A stretch of 64,000 bases of DNA from an uncultured Bartonella sp. (GTDB lineage Bacteria > Pseudomonadota > Alphaproteobacteria > Rhizobiales > Rhizobiaceae). The position numbers were made by a program, and so were the translations under genes. This document shows positions 20,510 through 31,376 of this stretch, piece after piece; the first letter of the stretch is position 1, and each line of letters starts with the position of its first letter. Where the stretch lies: the NCBI RefSeq assembly GCF_946479275.1, contig NZ_CAMLFE010000002.1, positions 222,482 to 286,481 on the forward strand. Direction: 5' to 3'. The notes under the pieces were generated by a model, which did not search any database, was not told the DNA's origin, and saw nothing but the letters and a program-made list of their open reading frames with translations.

Positions 20510-21514
20510 TTATTTCTTCTGAACCACACCGGGATCAAAGACGGAGCAAAGCTCACCCCACAAAGATTTCGCTGCAGCCAATTTCATCTGATCTTCGTTG
20601 CAAGTGGTGCCTTCATCAACGCAACGGTTTACGATGCGATAATATAGACCTTTTTCAACTTGCGAGAAATAGCGAATCTCTGCGTCTTTCTCTTTGCCTG
20701 CGACATCACCCATTTTCGGGGAATATGAAAGCTGACGGTAGCCGGCGCGATCAAGCGTTTCTTTGCTTTCACGAGCTTTGGCAATCCAGTTGTCAAAATC
20801 AGCCTGGGCTACAGAGTTCCACTTGAAGTGCATTTCAGAGAAGCCGTCGCCACTATAATTGGCTGAAGATCCTTTGAATACACCCTTACGATCAGCAATA
20901 AGATGCAACTTCGCGTTCATTTGCGGCATTGCATACAAAACTGTTCCAAGACGTGGAACCCAGAAGGCGTTAACCGAATTTTCCGAAGTCAACTGCAACA
21001 GGACCTGACGGTTTTCCGGTGCATAGATTTCGTTAATCGAAGCGACGCCATATTGCGGATAGATAAACAACCATTTCCAGTCGAGTGCCACAGCATCGAT
21101 CTGGAGCGGTTCCTGTGCTCCCGCAACAGCTTTATCAATCGGCTTTGAAGGTTCAAGCTTGAATGTAAAATAAGCTGTCAAACTTCCCAAAATGATAATG
21201 ACAAGAATCGGAACCCCCCACATGAAGGTTTCCACTTTATTGGAGTGCCCCCAATCCGGCAGATATTCTGCTTGGGTGTTGGTAGCACGGTATTTAATTG
21301 CGAAAGCGACAACAGCGATCATCACGGGAACGACAATACACGCCATTACGATAACGCACGTAGTAATCAAAATTAGCTCATGGCGCGCCACATAGCCCGC
21401 CGGGTCGAGAACATCGAATTCACAACCCGACAAGAGCAAAGCGGATGCTAAAACGCCCAGCAGCCCTGTTAGTTTACCAAAGTTCTTCATTCCTACCTGC
21501 CTCTTTATATGCAT
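20510..21514 (-). CDS. cyoA: Cytochrome bo3 ubiquinol oxidase subunit II (lipoprotein)
   Basis: 334-aa ORF with the lipobox LLLSGC, two TM segments and a cupredoxin-like domain lacking the CuA ligands (SENSVNAFWVPRLG), as in quinol oxidases. Confidence 0.92.
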   Translation of the reverse strand: MHIKRQVGMKNFGKLTGLLGVLASALLLSGCEFDVLDPAGYVARHELILITTCVIVMACIVVPVMIAVVAFAIKYRATNTQAEYLPDWGHSNKVETFMWGVPILVIIILGSLTAYFTFKLEPSKPIDKAVAGAQEPLQIDAVALDWKWLFIYPQYGVASINEIYAPENRQVLLQLTSENSVNAFWVPRLGTVLYAMPQMNAKLHLIADRKGVFKGSSANYSGDGFSEMHFKWNSVAQADFDNWIAKARESKETLDRAGYRQLSYSPKMGDVAGKEKDAEIRYFSQVEKGLYYRIVNRCVDEGTTCNEDQMKLAAAKSLWGELCSVFDPGVVQKK

Positions 21515-21760
21515 TGCATATTATTGCACGAGGGTATTTCTATTAATTCGTCACGGAAAAGCAGGGTTTTCTACTTTTCCGACATTCCCCGTCAGGCAGA
21601 ATAATTGTCCCAAAAAGACATAGAAGCCCGACTTGGACTGACGTTGTCACAAGTACAATTGTGGCATCATCTAGGCACGTCTTACTCTTTGGGTGAAAAT
21701 TCGCAAGGGTTTTGTCCCCCCCTGCGTCAATATTGCGCGGTTTTTGAGACAATTTTCGAT

Positions 21761-22198
21761 TCACAAATCGTGTTGAACGATATATTCCACTGCAAACTGG
21801 TAACCGGCACTTCCGCAGCCTGCAATGACCGCATCAGCCCGTTCCGACACGAACGAATGGTGACGATAGGCTTCTCTTTTGTGGATGTTCGATAAATGAA
21901 CCTCGACAACCAGCCCTTCAAACATTTTCAAAGCATCGAGAATCGCAATCGAGGTATGGCTATAAGCAGCCGGATTGATGATAATGGCAGCACTTTTCCC
22001 GATGGCATCCTGAATGAAGCTTACCAATTGCCCTTCAAGGTTGCTTTGCAGAAAATCGATATCGAACCCGTGCGCATGTGCACATTTTCGGGTAAGTACC
22101 TCGATATCTTTCAATGTTTCGCGCCCATAGATCTTAGGCTCTCGTTTGCCTAAAAAATTGAGATTTGGCCCATTCAAAATTGTAATCTTTTTTGCCAT
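21761..22198 (-). CDS. aroQ: Type II 3-dehydroquinate dehydratase
   Basis: Motifs [35 protein letters not shown] and HLSNIHKRE. The ATG at 22196-22198 is preceded by GGAGAGGG. The ORF-track start (22225) adds 9 residues. Confidence 0.93.
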   Translation of the reverse strand: MAKKITILNGPNLNFLGKREPKIYGRETLKDIEVLTRKCAHAHGFDIDFLQSNLEGQLVSFIQDAIGKSAAIIINPAAYSHTSIAILDALKMFEGLVVEVHLSNIHKREAYRHHSFVSERADAVIAGCGSAGYQFAVEYIVQHDL

Positions 22199-22264
22199 AA
22201 TTATTTTCCCTCTCCAACTCGACAAACTCGCTTCAAATCATAGAACATCGTCGTCCAATATTCA

Positions 22265-23554
22265 TTAATTGTTCACAACACTTCCGTTCGATAATTCAAA
22301 AAATTGGGCCCGATCTTTCAGATCGGCAAAAAGTTGTTGGTCGGTTCCCGTCATAAAAGTTTGTCCACCAAGCCTTTCAAGACTATCAAACAAAACTTTG
22401 CGACGCCCCGGATCAAGATGGGCTGCCATTTCGTCCAACAGGAGAATCGGTGTCATGCCCGATATCGCCGAAGTCAATTGTGCGTGAGACAGGACAAGGC
22501 CTGTCAAAAGCGCTTTTTGTTCGCCAGTTGAACAAAGACCGGCCGGCATATTTTTCCTGGCGTAATAGACCAGCATATCGCTTCTATGGGGGCCTTCGAG
22601 AGTACGTCCGGCAACACGATCCGACTCACGCTTATCATGAAGGCTCTCTCTATATTCTTCTTCAACATCGACTGCCGATTTGCGCGCCAATGCCCTTTCG
22701 ATCGTTCCTTCTATGTCGAGGACGGGGCTAGGAAACGTCTCTTCACTATCAAAATTTTCAATGTCTGAAATGAGCCGCACAACGTCCATACGGGCAGCCG
22801 CAATGGCAATGGCAAGCTCCGCCATCTGGACTTCCAATGCATTGAACCATCGCTCATCATGACTGCCATCAATCAAAAGACGGTTTCGAGCACGCATTGC
22901 TTTTTCAAAATCCGACACACGACGGGCATGTGCGGGATCAATTGCCAGAACCATACGATCGAGAAACCGTCTACGATCGGCCGCCGGACCTGTAAACAGG
23001 CCATCCATAGCCGGGACAAGCCAACTGATGCGGCAATAATCGGTAAGCCGGTCAGACGCTACGCTTTCTCCATTTATCCGTACTCTTCGGCCAGTCGAAG
23101 CAATGTCACTTGCTGTCCCGATGCTGGCATCGCCATAAAGAACAGAGTGTAATTGGGCAAAAACGACAAACCCGTTGTCTTCCGCCTCATTAATTGGCGA
23201 TGTCAGGCCAGCTGCGACAGCTTTCAAGCTGCCCGTTTCTTGCATCTCTGATTTTTCGATAGCATCGAGAGCCCCATCTTCCCTTTGATTGGAAGCGTTT
23301 CCATAGGCAGAACCCGTTGAACGAATGACATTATCATAGGCTGCACGACGCAAACCCCGCCCGGGAGAAAGAAACGACAAGGCTTCAAGCAGATTGGTTT
23401 TGCCCGCTCCGTTATGACCGGTAAAAACAACAAGCCCGTCCGAAAAGTCGGCAGAAAAACGTCGATAGTTACGATAATTGGTCAGTTTCAGTTGCCGGAC
23501 AAAAACTTTTGCAGCCCGTCCGCCAGTTTTTTCCACCATTCGTTTTCTAAACAC
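22265..23554 (-). CDS. recF: DNA replication and repair protein RecF
   Basis: Motifs LKLTNYRNY, Walker A GHNGAGKTNLLEA, signature STGEQKALL and LLLDEMAAHLD. The start is uncertain: GTG at 23554 or ATG at 23539. There is an insertion after the Walker A region compared with typical RecF proteins of about 370 aa. Confidence 0.92.
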   Translation of the reverse strand: MFRKRMVEKTGGRAAKVFVRQLKLTNYRNYRRFSADFSDGLVVFTGHNGAGKTNLLEALSFLSPGRGLRRAAYDNVIRSTGSAYGNASNQREDGALDAIEKSEMQETGSLKAVAAGLTSPINEAEDNGFVVFAQLHSVLYGDASIGTASDIASTGRRVRINGESVASDRLTDYCRISWLVPAMDGLFTGPAADRRRFLDRMVLAIDPAHARRVSDFEKAMRARNRLLIDGSHDERWFNALEVQMAELAIAIAAARMDVVRLISDIENFDSEETFPSPVLDIEGTIERALARKSAVDVEEEYRESLHDKRESDRVAGRTLEGPHRSDMLVYYARKNMPAGLCSTGEQKALLTGLVLSHAQLTSAISGMTPILLLDEMAAHLDPGRRKVLFDSLERLGGQTFMTGTDQQLFADLKDRAQFFELSNGSVVNN

Positions 23555-24665
23555 GCATTGGCATCAACACATAAAGTGCGTCTGCATCATCACTACCACG
23601 AATAAGAGTCGGTGCACCCGCATCGGCAAGCATAAAAATTGCATCTTCGCCATTCAGCTGTGCCATGATATCAAGAAGATATTTGGAATTAAAACCGATT
23701 TCCAACGGCTCACCCTCATATTCGGCAACGATTTGATCTTCGGCACTACCTGAATCCGGATTATTGACCGTAAGCGTTAATTGACCGTTTTCGATTGTCA
23801 ATTTGACGGCTCTACCACGATCACTGGAAATAGTCGAAACACGATCGACAGCGGCTGCAAAACTTTGCCGGTTGATAGTAAGTTTCTTGTCATTAGCCAA
23901 TGGTATGACACGCTGATAATCGGGAAATGTACCATCGATCAATTTCGAGGTCAGCACGACAGAAGCAATGCTGAAACGTATTTTGGTTTCCGAAACCTCG
24001 ATCTTGATTTCACTTTCGGCTTCTTCGCCCAGCAATTTTTGTAATTCACCAACGGCCTTGCGCGGGATAATAATACCCGGCATACCTTCCGACCCCGAAG
24101 GCGCATCGGTTTCAGCCTCGGCCAAACGGTGTCCATCTGTTGCGACTGTACGTATTTTCAAGCCATTATTATCAATAACATGAAAATAGATACCGTTGAG
24201 GTAATAACGTGTTTCTTCGGTTGAAATAGCAAACTGGGTGCAATCAATGAGTCGCTTCAGGGCTGATGCCGACAACGTAAAACTATGACTGAAATCACCG
24301 GCATTAAGCTCGGGAAAATCTTCCTTGGGCAAGCATTGCAAACGGAAGTTCGAGCGCCCCGAAACAACCTGCATAGCGTTACCGTCATCGGAAACCGAAA
24401 GCATAATCTCGCCACCTTCGGGAAGTTTTCGAACAATTTCGTAAAGAAGATGGGCAGGAACAGTCGTCGAGCCACTTTGTTCAATATTTGCCGTGGTTGT
24501 TTCTGTAACTTCAAGATCAAGATCGGTGGCCTGTAATTCGACACCGGCATTGACCGTATTGATCAGGACGTTGGAAAGAATAGGAATCGTATTGCGCCGC
24601 TCAACGACGCGATGGACACGACCGAGAGACTTTAATAGATTGCTACGATCGACTGTGATGCGCAT
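23547..24665 (-). CDS. dnaN: DNA polymerase III beta sliding clamp
   Basis: MRITVDRSNLLKSLGRVHRVVERRNTIPILSNVLI is the canonical DnaN N-terminus. The ATG at 24663-24665 is preceded by GAGAG. Order is dnaA-dnaN-recF. Confidence 0.95.
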   Translation of the reverse strand: MRITVDRSNLLKSLGRVHRVVERRNTIPILSNVLINTVNAGVELQATDLDLEVTETTTANIEQSGSTTVPAHLLYEIVRKLPEGGEIMLSVSDDGNAMQVVSGRSNFRLQCLPKEDFPELNAGDFSHSFTLSASALKRLIDCTQFAISTEETRYYLNGIYFHVIDNNGLKIRTVATDGHRLAEAETDAPSGSEGMPGIIIPRKAVGELQKLLGEEAESEIKIEVSETKIRFSIASVVLTSKLIDGTFPDYQRVIPLANDKKLTINRQSFAAAVDRVSTISSDRGRAVKLTIENGQLTLTVNNPDSGSAEDQIVAEYEGEPLEIGFNSKYLLDIMAQLNGEDAIFMLADAGAPTLIRGSDDADALYVLMPMRV

Positions 24666-24862
24666 ATTGGACACTCTCTTAACTAATTCTGCCAACCAGA
24701 GAATTTCTTGTTGTCTGTTTTATACAAAATGACTCCTTAAAACCAAAGAATCACCAGACAAGAAAAACAAATAAGAACCAGAATGGCAATATTCTTGCAT
24801 AAAATGCAAGTTTATTACCCTTATATCACTTTTATGGAACCCAAGACTCTGGAAAAACACAA

Positions 24863-26401
24863 TCAGGCCGATTGCTCATCAATCAGACGTTTGAGCAATT
24901 CCAGTTCCTTGGCCAATTGCTGATCTGCACCGACCATATCTTCAATCTTGCGCACGGCATGAAGAACAGTGGTGTGATCGCGTCCGCCAAAGCGACGCCC
25001 GATTTCCGGCAACGACCGCGGTGTCATCATCTTGGCAAGATACATGGCAACCTGACGTGGTTTGACAATTGTACGAGTGCGCCGATTCGACAACAGATCC
25101 TGCTTGGAAACATTGTAATGGCGTGCAACGACCCGCTGGATTTCCTCGATACGAATCCGCTTCGGTTCACCCGAACGGGTGAGATGATCAAGCAATTCAT
25201 CAATGCGGTTCAACGACAAGTCGGGCTCGAATGATTGGCGGAACAGGAGCTGGTTGAACGCCCCTTCGAGATCACGACCCGAACCTGAAACGATTCTTGC
25301 AATATGAGCCAGAACTTCATCAGGAATAGAAATTGAAGGATCATCATGCTGGGCTGTTTTCAAACGTTTGCGCAACATTTCAAGACGCATATCGAAATCG
25401 GGAGACTCGATTTCCAGCGAAACCCCGCCTTGCAAACGTGAACGGACACGCACATCGAGCGACTCAAGCTCTGCAGGAGCGCGATCGGCGGCAACAACAA
25501 CCTGTTTCGCACTATCCAGTAACATGTTAAGCAGATGGCAGAATTCATGCTGGATCGACTTGCCCTGCAAAAATTGCATATCATCGATAATAAGCAAATC
25601 AATGTCGCGCAATTGCTCTTTGAATGACAATGCATTGTTGTCGCGAATTGCGGTTGCAAAACGCCACATAAAATATTCAGCTGTCAGATAAATCACGCGA
25701 ACCGGTGTAGGGCGTTGCAAAGCAGCAGCGGCAATAGCCTGTAAAAGATGGGTTTTACCCAAGCCGACAGCGGCATGAATGAAAAGCGGATTGAAACGCA
25801 ACGCGCTTTTATGGCTTTCCGCAATAGAACGGGCAGCGGCAAGAGCCACGCGATTGGACGGGCCTTCAACAAATGTATCAAACGTATAACGCGAGTCGAG
25901 AGGCGACCCGAAAACACTTTGTTGCGCCTCACCCGAAAAACGTTCGGTCCGGTTATGCATCGAAGAAGATACCATTGCATTTTCTGGCTGGACATGAACA
26001 TGGGCTTCTTCGTCTTTATGCGTAACAGTATGTTTTACTACCCGACTCATACCACGCACAACGACATCGACCCGCAATAGCGTTGGGCATTCCTGACGCC
26101 AGAGCTCGGTAAGAATAGTGGCGTAATGATTGGTAATCCAGGAGCGCAAAAATGCCGTGGGCACCGATAGGCGAACTTGACTGCGACTGAATTCGTCAAG
26201 CTGCAAACGACCGAACCAGCTAGAATACGCCTCGTTACCGACGTGAACTTTGAGCTGCGCCATGACACGTGCAAAAAGTTCATCCCCTTCGTCTTGCGCT
26301 ACCAGATGATGAAGGCCTTCGCCCACCCCTGTTTCACCCGACACTATCCCATTCAAATTTGACATTTTACGCAACATTCTCTCTGACGATAACCGAAGCA
26401 A
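24863..26401 (-). CDS. dnaA: Chromosomal replication initiator DnaA
   Basis: AAA+ motifs [11 protein letters not shown] and [10 protein letters not shown], plus the C-terminal DNA-binding domain ([41 protein letters not shown]). The start is uncertain: TTG at 26401, or ATG at 26377 or 26365. Confidence 0.95.
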   Translation of the reverse strand: MLRLSSERMLRKMSNLNGIVSGETGVGEGLHHLVAQDEGDELFARVMAQLKVHVGNEAYSSWFGRLQLDEFSRSQVRLSVPTAFLRSWITNHYATILTELWRQECPTLLRVDVVVRGMSRVVKHTVTHKDEEAHVHVQPENAMVSSSMHNRTERFSGEAQQSVFGSPLDSRYTFDTFVEGPSNRVALAAARSIAESHKSALRFNPLFIHAAVGLGKTHLLQAIAAAALQRPTPVRVIYLTAEYFMWRFATAIRDNNALSFKEQLRDIDLLIIDDMQFLQGKSIQHEFCHLLNMLLDSAKQVVVAADRAPAELESLDVRVRSRLQGGVSLEIESPDFDMRLEMLRKRLKTAQHDDPSISIPDEVLAHIARIVSGSGRDLEGAFNQLLFRQSFEPDLSLNRIDELLDHLTRSGEPKRIRIEEIQRVVARHYNVSKQDLLSNRRTRTIVKPRQVAMYLAKMMTPRSLPEIGRRFGGRDHTTVLHAVRKIEDMVGADQQLAKELELLKRLIDEQSA

Positions 26402-26417
26402 GATTGGTCAATAACCA

Positions 26418-26426
26418 TTATCCTCA
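26418..26426 (+). promoter_or_regulatory. DnaA-box-like 9-mer TTATCCTCA (8/9)
   Basis: Read directly from the sequence, just upstream of the dnaA start region. Confidence 0.35.
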
Positions 26427-26606
26427 CATCCGCTGACGGTTTTCGCCTTTAACACCAAAATTAAAACAATCCGAACAAAACAGAATTCCGCGTAAACTCG
26501 GTTTCGTTAAACCGATGCACAACCGTTTTGTCCTGCAAATTCGTTTAAACCCCTACAAAACTGCCATTCTCAAGATCAGACGTTACCAACATGTGTTCCA
26601 AACGTA

Positions 26607-26615
26607 TTATCCACT
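26607..26615 (+). promoter_or_regulatory. DnaA-box-like 9-mer TTATCCACT (8/9)
   Basis: Read directly from the sequence, about 200 bp upstream of dnaA. Confidence 0.4.
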
Positions 26616-27075
26616 ACACGTTCGATATACCGGCCGCCTTATCCCAGCGATAGCTCATCAGACCTTTCACAGGCAAAGCACAAATGACATTCTGTCTTTC
26701 AAGCAACTGTAAGGTTGCTTTAATTGCACATCCTTGCCCAGACAAAAATCAAAACGGCTTCACCCTTTCAATTGCACCGATGAGCCTTTGCCCCTAGTTG
26801 GCCAAAGACTCATGAAACAAGTGGAAAAGCTATCATTTTCCGAGAATGAACATACAAAAACGCTTCCCCTAAATGCAAGGGGTGAATGGACGCCCCAAAA
26901 TGGCTTGGGCCGCCGACTCTTCCAATCCTTGCGCGACACAACAAAGCGTAATTACTTTGATTCAATAAGCTTTTTTCAATTATCGGCGCTGACGTTTACC
27001 AGCCGAAAATTTTTTAAAAAAAATTTTAAAAAAAATACTTGACAAAAACCGAACGGAACGGGCTTTCCTGAAGCT

Positions 27076-27084
27076 TGTGGATAA
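27076..27084 (-). promoter_or_regulatory. Perfect DnaA box (TGTGGATAA, the complement of TTATCCACA)
   Basis: Exact match to the consensus R-box. It lies 38 nt from a 32-nt A/T-only tract (27006-27037). Confidence 0.55.
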
Positions 27085-27200
27085 CAATCCTAATTATTTG
27101 ATTTTAAACATTTTTTATACATTTTTTTCAAACGGTATTTCATTCTAAAAATATTAATTTTTACGGTTAATTTTTCTCTTCTTGACATAAGTCAAAGTAC

Positions 27201-27229
27201 AAAAAAACCGGTACCAAAAGATACCGGTT
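27201..27229 (-). terminator. Intrinsic terminator of rpsT
   Basis: The minus-strand RNA reads AACCGGUA-UCUUUUGG-UACCGGUU followed by UUUUUUUG. Confidence 0.7.
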
Positions 27230-27283
27230 GGAATCACCATTTATAGATAAAATACACACTCACGCGAGCGGCTTTTTAAAATA

Positions 27284-27550
27284 TCAGGCCGAGATAGCTT
27301 TCAATTTCTTAGCCAAACGAGAAACTTTGCGCGATGCTGCATTTTTATGCAGAACACCTTTTGTAACAGCACGCATCAATTCAGGCTCAACCGCTTTGAA
27401 AGCAACTTCAGCTGCAGCTTTATTTCCGCCAGCAACAGCATCATCAAACTTGCGTACAAATGTACGAATACGTGTACGACGTGATTTGTTAACTTCTGTG
27501 CGCGCTGCAATCTTACGCACTGCTTTTCTGGACGAAGGTGTATTCGCCAT
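27284..27550 (-). CDS. rpsT: 30S ribosomal protein S20
   Basis: 88-aa [37 protein letters not shown] is classic S20. Confidence 0.95.
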   Translation of the reverse strand: MANTPSSRKAVRKIAARTEVNKSRRTRIRTFVRKFDDAVAGGNKAAAEVAFKAVEPELMRAVTKGVLHKNAASRKVSRLAKKLKAISA

Positions 27551-27685
27551 AAGTCTATCTCTCTCTTCTTATTGAACGGCCATAAAAGCCTAGAAACACA
27601 AACTGCGGCCAAGAGCCGCTTAATCTTGGCGGGCTTATAACTTAATTTAGCCGAGCACGTCAATGAGATTCTCTTAAATTGTCGT

Positions 27686-27722
27686 TTAAAAAATAAACGG
27701 GCCGTAATTTTACGACCCGTTT
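27686..27722 (-). terminator. Intrinsic terminator of acnA
   Basis: A 13-bp imperfect stem AAACGGGCCGTAA/TTACGACCCGTTT, with a U-tract on the minus-strand RNA. Confidence 0.6.
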
Positions 27723-27760
27723 ATCGTTTTATAACCCGTTTTCGTTTAGTGAGTTGTCAA

Positions 27761-30454
27761 TCAGCCTTCTTTGGCAAGGTTGCGCAAAACATATTGCAAA
27801 ATGCCACCATTATGAAGGTAATCGAGTTCATCAACTGTATCGACCCGGCAAAGAAGCGGAACTTCCTTGACAGTACCGTCACTGAATTTGACCTTGGCAA
27901 CAGTTTTTTGCCGCGGCTTCAGATCGTTGATGCCATCAATAGTGATAACTTCATCACCTTTCAGCCCCAAAGAACGCCAGCTCTGGCCATCCTCGAAGAC
28001 AAACGGAACAATTCCCATACCAACGAGATTGGAACGGTGAATACGTTCGAAAGATTGAGCAATCACAGCGCGCACGCCCAAAAGATTGGTTCCCTTGGCC
28101 GCCCAGTCGCGTGATGAGCCGTTACCATATTCGATACCGGCAAAGACAACCAGTGGCACATGCTCGCTCTTATACTGCATAGCAGCATCGTAGATCGATT
28201 CTTCTTCCTTGGATGGATAATGAATGGTGTAGCCACCTTCTCGCCCATTCTCGCCAAGCATAAAGTTACGGATACGGATATTGGCAAATGTGCCACGCAT
28301 CATCACTTCATGGTTGCCACGACGGGTACCATACTGGTTGAAATCTGCAGGTTTTACACCATGTTCGATCAGATATTTACCGGCCGGAGAATCAACTTTG
28401 ATAGAACCGGCAGGCGAAATATGGTCTGTGGTAATCTTGTCCCCGAAAAGTCCGAGAATACGTGCTCCATCAATATTTTTGAGCGGTGCAGGTACTTTCG
28501 GCATATTTTCAAAATAGGGAGGATTGCGAACATAGGTCGAGTCTTTGTCCCAGGCATAGGTTTCACCTGCAGGAACCTGAACCTTCTGCCAGTTTTCATC
28601 ACCTTTGAAGACGTCCGCATATTTCGATTCAAAAATTTTGCGGGTAACATTCTTTTCGATGAATTCCTGAACTTCCTTGGAAGTTGGCCAGATATCCTTC
28701 AGATAAACCGGTTTTCCATCCTTGCCGGTCCCAAGAGGCTCTTTTGTAAGATCCTTGGTGATGGTTCCAGCCAAAGCATGGGCAACAACAAGTGGCGGTG
28801 AAGCGAGGTAGTTTGCCTGAACATCGGGCGAAACACGTCCCTCGAAGTTACGGTTTCCCGAAAGGACCGCAGCAACGATCAAGCCCTTGTCATTGATGGT
28901 TTTTGAAATTGCCGGCGGTAGAGGACCCGAGTTACCGATACAGGTTGTGCAACCGAAACCAACCAGATTGAAGCCCAAAGCATCAAGATCTTTTTGTAAT
29001 CCCGAATTGACAAGATAGGCTTCAACAACCTGTGAGCCCGGAGCCAATGAAGTTTTAACCCAAGGCTTGGATTTCAAGCCTTTGGCAACCGCGTTTCGTG
29101 CAAGCAGACCTGCTGCAATGAGAACGCTCGGATTGGACGTATTGGTGCAAGATGTGATCGCTGCAATAGCAACATCTCCGTGGCCAATGTCGAAATCCTC
29201 GCCTTCAACCTGATAGCGTGTTTTTTCACCGGTTGTTTTCTTATATTCGTTGTGAAGAGCTGTCGCAAAACTTTTACCGACCTCTTCAAGCGGCAAACGC
29301 CCTTCCGGACGTTTCGGGCCAGCCATTGAAGGCACAACCGTCCCCATATCAAGTTCGATTGTATCGGTAAATACCGGATCATGCGTATGGGAATCATGCC
29401 ACATGCCCTGAGCTTTTGTATAAGCTTCGACAAGGGCAATCCGCTCTTCTTTACGACCTGTCATATTGAGGTAACGGACAGTTTCCTGATCAATCGGGAA
29501 AAAGCCGCATGTCGCGCCATATTCAGGGCTCATATTGCCAATTGTCGCACGATCGGCCAAAGTCATATGTTCAAGACCCGGACCAAAGAATTCGACAAAT
29601 TTGCCGACCACACCTTTTTTACGCAACATCTGTGTTACGGTCAAAACAAGATCGGTGGCTGTTATGCCTTCCTTGAGTTTGCCGGTCAAACGGAAGCCGA
29701 TAACCTCAGGCAACAACATCGAAACCGGTTGACCAAGCATGGCAGCTTCAGCTTCAATACCACCAACGCCCCAGCCAAGAACGCCCAGACCATTGACCAT
29801 AGTGGTGTGGGAATCGGTACCAACACAGGTATCGGGATAAGCTATTGTGTGGCCGTTTTCTTCTCTCGTCCAAACACATTGGGCAAGGTATTCAAGATTG
29901 ACCTGATGGCAAATACCTGTCCCCGGTGGAACAACGCGGAAATTCCGGAAGGCTTGTTGCCCCCATTTCAGGAAGCGATAACGTTCGCCGTTACGTTTAT
30001 ATTCGAGTTCCTTATTGTGCTGGAAAGCCAGAGGATTGCCAAAATCGTCAACGATCACCGAGTGGTCAATGACGAGGTCGACCGGAACCAACGGATTGAT
30101 TTTTTCCGGGTTTTCACCAAGTTTCACCATTGCGTCCCGCATTGCTGCAAGATCCACAACAGCGGGAACGCCGGTAAAATCCTGCATCAAAACACGAGAG
30201 GGGCGATAGGCAATTTCAGCGCCTGCTTTTCCCTTGTCGTCCAGCCATTTGGCGATATTTAAAATGTCGTCTTTCTTGACCGTACGACCGTCTTCAAACC
30301 GCAACAGGTTCTCGAGCAGAACCTTCATTGAAAATGGCAAGCGGGAAATGTCGGGAAAACCGTTCTTTTCGGCTTCCGTCAGACTGTAATAAATATAGTC
30401 TTTGCCATTGACATGGAGTGTTTTGCGGCACTTAAAACTATCTATTTGAGACAC
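27761..30454 (-). CDS. acnA: Aconitate hydratase A
   Basis: 897-aa ORF with aconitase/IRP-type motifs: VGTDSHTTM, the Fe-S ligand regions [10 protein letters not shown] and CTTCIGNSG, and the swivel domain. Confidence 0.96.
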   Translation of the reverse strand: MSQIDSFKCRKTLHVNGKDYIYYSLTEAEKNGFPDISRLPFSMKVLLENLLRFEDGRTVKKDDILNIAKWLDDKGKAGAEIAYRPSRVLMQDFTGVPAVVDLAAMRDAMVKLGENPEKINPLVPVDLVIDHSVIVDDFGNPLAFQHNKELEYKRNGERYRFLKWGQQAFRNFRVVPPGTGICHQVNLEYLAQCVWTREENGHTIAYPDTCVGTDSHTTMVNGLGVLGWGVGGIEAEAAMLGQPVSMLLPEVIGFRLTGKLKEGITATDLVLTVTQMLRKKGVVGKFVEFFGPGLEHMTLADRATIGNMSPEYGATCGFFPIDQETVRYLNMTGRKEERIALVEAYTKAQGMWHDSHTHDPVFTDTIELDMGTVVPSMAGPKRPEGRLPLEEVGKSFATALHNEYKKTTGEKTRYQVEGEDFDIGHGDVAIAAITSCTNTSNPSVLIAAGLLARNAVAKGLKSKPWVKTSLAPGSQVVEAYLVNSGLQKDLDALGFNLVGFGCTTCIGNSGPLPPAISKTINDKGLIVAAVLSGNRNFEGRVSPDVQANYLASPPLVVAHALAGTITKDLTKEPLGTGKDGKPVYLKDIWPTSKEVQEFIEKNVTRKIFESKYADVFKGDENWQKVQVPAGETYAWDKDSTYVRNPPYFENMPKVPAPLKNIDGARILGLFGDKITTDHISPAGSIKVDSPAGKYLIEHGVKPADFNQYGTRRGNHEVMMRGTFANIRIRNFMLGENGREGGYTIHYPSKEEESIYDAAMQYKSEHVPLVVFAGIEYGNGSSRDWAAKGTNLLGVRAVIAQSFERIHRSNLVGMGIVPFVFEDGQSWRSLGLKGDEVITIDGINDLKPRQKTVAKVKFSDGTVKEVPLLCRVDTVDELDYLHNGGILQYVLRNLAKEG

Positions 30455-30653
30455 GACTGTTCGTCCTTATATCTGTGCGAGCCTTAAGCTCCAGGAACGA
30501 ACGCCACAAACTGCGGGTCAAGATCGCAGCTACGGTGCGGGTGCAGTCATTTCCGCTGTCCGTTCCTCAACCGCCAGAACAAGCAGATTTGGAGACCGGC
30601 CCAAAAATTGTCCACACCGACCGCTGGCATGGTAACCTTGGTATAATTCCTTT

Positions 30654-30670
30654 TCTGGAACTGTTCCAGA
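30654..30670. promoter_or_regulatory. Perfect 17-bp palindrome TCTGGAAC-T-GTTCCAGA (operator candidate)
   Basis: All 8 pairs are complementary around a central T. It lies in the divergent acnA/ccmA intergenic region, about 85 bp upstream of the ccmA ATG. Confidence 0.3.
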
Positions 30671-30752
30671 CGTAATCCATTAAAAAAAATGTGTTTACTT
30701 GTTAAAAGGCTGCGGACATTTTAAGAAAGGTCAAATAAAATCCGGTGGTTAC

Positions 30753-31376
30753 ATGGAAATAACAGCAGTTGATCTGAGTGCAAAACGTGGTGAAGAGGTG
30801 TTGTTCCAGCACCTGAACTTTACAATCCACGATAGAGAATTGCTCACGATTACGGGTCCGAATGGTATCGGCAAGTCGACTTTGCTGCGAATCATTGCCG
30901 GTTTTCTGCAAGCGAATACAGGAACCATAGAAGCAAAAGAAGACGGGCAGATTTTTCCCGTTGCTCTTGTCAGCCATTATCTTGGCAGTCAAAATGCCAT
31001 GAAAACGCATTTGACTGTTTTGCAAAATCTCGAATTCTGGTCGGATTTCAATTTTTCGCGGCTTTTGTCGCCGATGGAAGCACTTGATCAAGTCGAACTT
31101 TCAGGAATTGAACATCTTCCCTTCGGTGTTCTTTCAACCGGACAAAAAAGACGTGTCGCCATTGCGCGGCTCTTATTATCCCACCAACCTCTATGGTTGC
31201 TTGACGAGCCGACATCAGGGCTTGATAAACATGCAAGTTCGATTTTTGCAAAAATGATGGAAGAGCATAGAAACCGTTCGGGTATGATTATTGCAGCAAC
31301 CCATTTACCTCTTGGCTTAGAAGAAAATCGTCATATTCTACTTGACGATTACCTTCCCGATTTCGAGGACAGCTGA
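30753..31376 (+). CDS. ccmA: Haem exporter ATP-binding protein CcmA
   Basis: Walker A GPNGIGKSTLLRI, signature LSTGQKRRVAIA and Walker B LWLLDEP. ATG at 30753 (MEITAVDLS...). The ORF-track start at 30699 adds 18 residues. Confidence 0.9.
   Translation: MEITAVDLSAKRGEEVLFQHLNFTIHDRELLTITGPNGIGKSTLLRIIAGFLQANTGTIEAKEDGQIFPVALVSHYLGSQNAMKTHLTVLQNLEFWSDFNFSRLLSPMEALDQVELSGIEHLPFGVLSTGQKRRVAIARLLLSHQPLWLLDEPTSGLDKHASSIFAKMMEEHRNRSGMIIAATHLPLGLEENRHILLDDYLPDFEDS

Noticed and set aside
26734-27042. 102-aa plus-strand ORF in the dnaA-rpsT spacer.
   Set aside because: It has a TTG start, no Shine-Dalgarno and a Lys/Phe-rich tail produced by the A/T tract. It lies in the region better explained as the dnaA promoter and leader.
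29381-30262. Long antisense ORFs inside well-supported genes: 293 aa opposite acnA (29381..30262), 213 aa opposite acnA (28160..28801), 249 aa opposite aroA (53806..54555), 240 aa opposite argF (41758..42480) and 167 aa opposite lnt (7543..8046).
   Set aside because: Each lies fully within a gene whose product I recognise with high confidence on the other strand. Their translations are low-complexity or Ser/Arg/Cys-rich with no motifs. Shadow ORFs of this kind are a known by-product of codon bias.
30455-30752. Replication origin at the strand-bias switch between acnA (end of a 30-kb minus-strand run) and ccmA.
   Set aside because: The spacer is relatively GC-rich, has no AT-rich unwinding element and has no DnaA-box cluster. 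Genes downstream are of mixed orientation rather than uniformly plus. Only a genome-scale GC-skew or coverage analysis could settle origin position.
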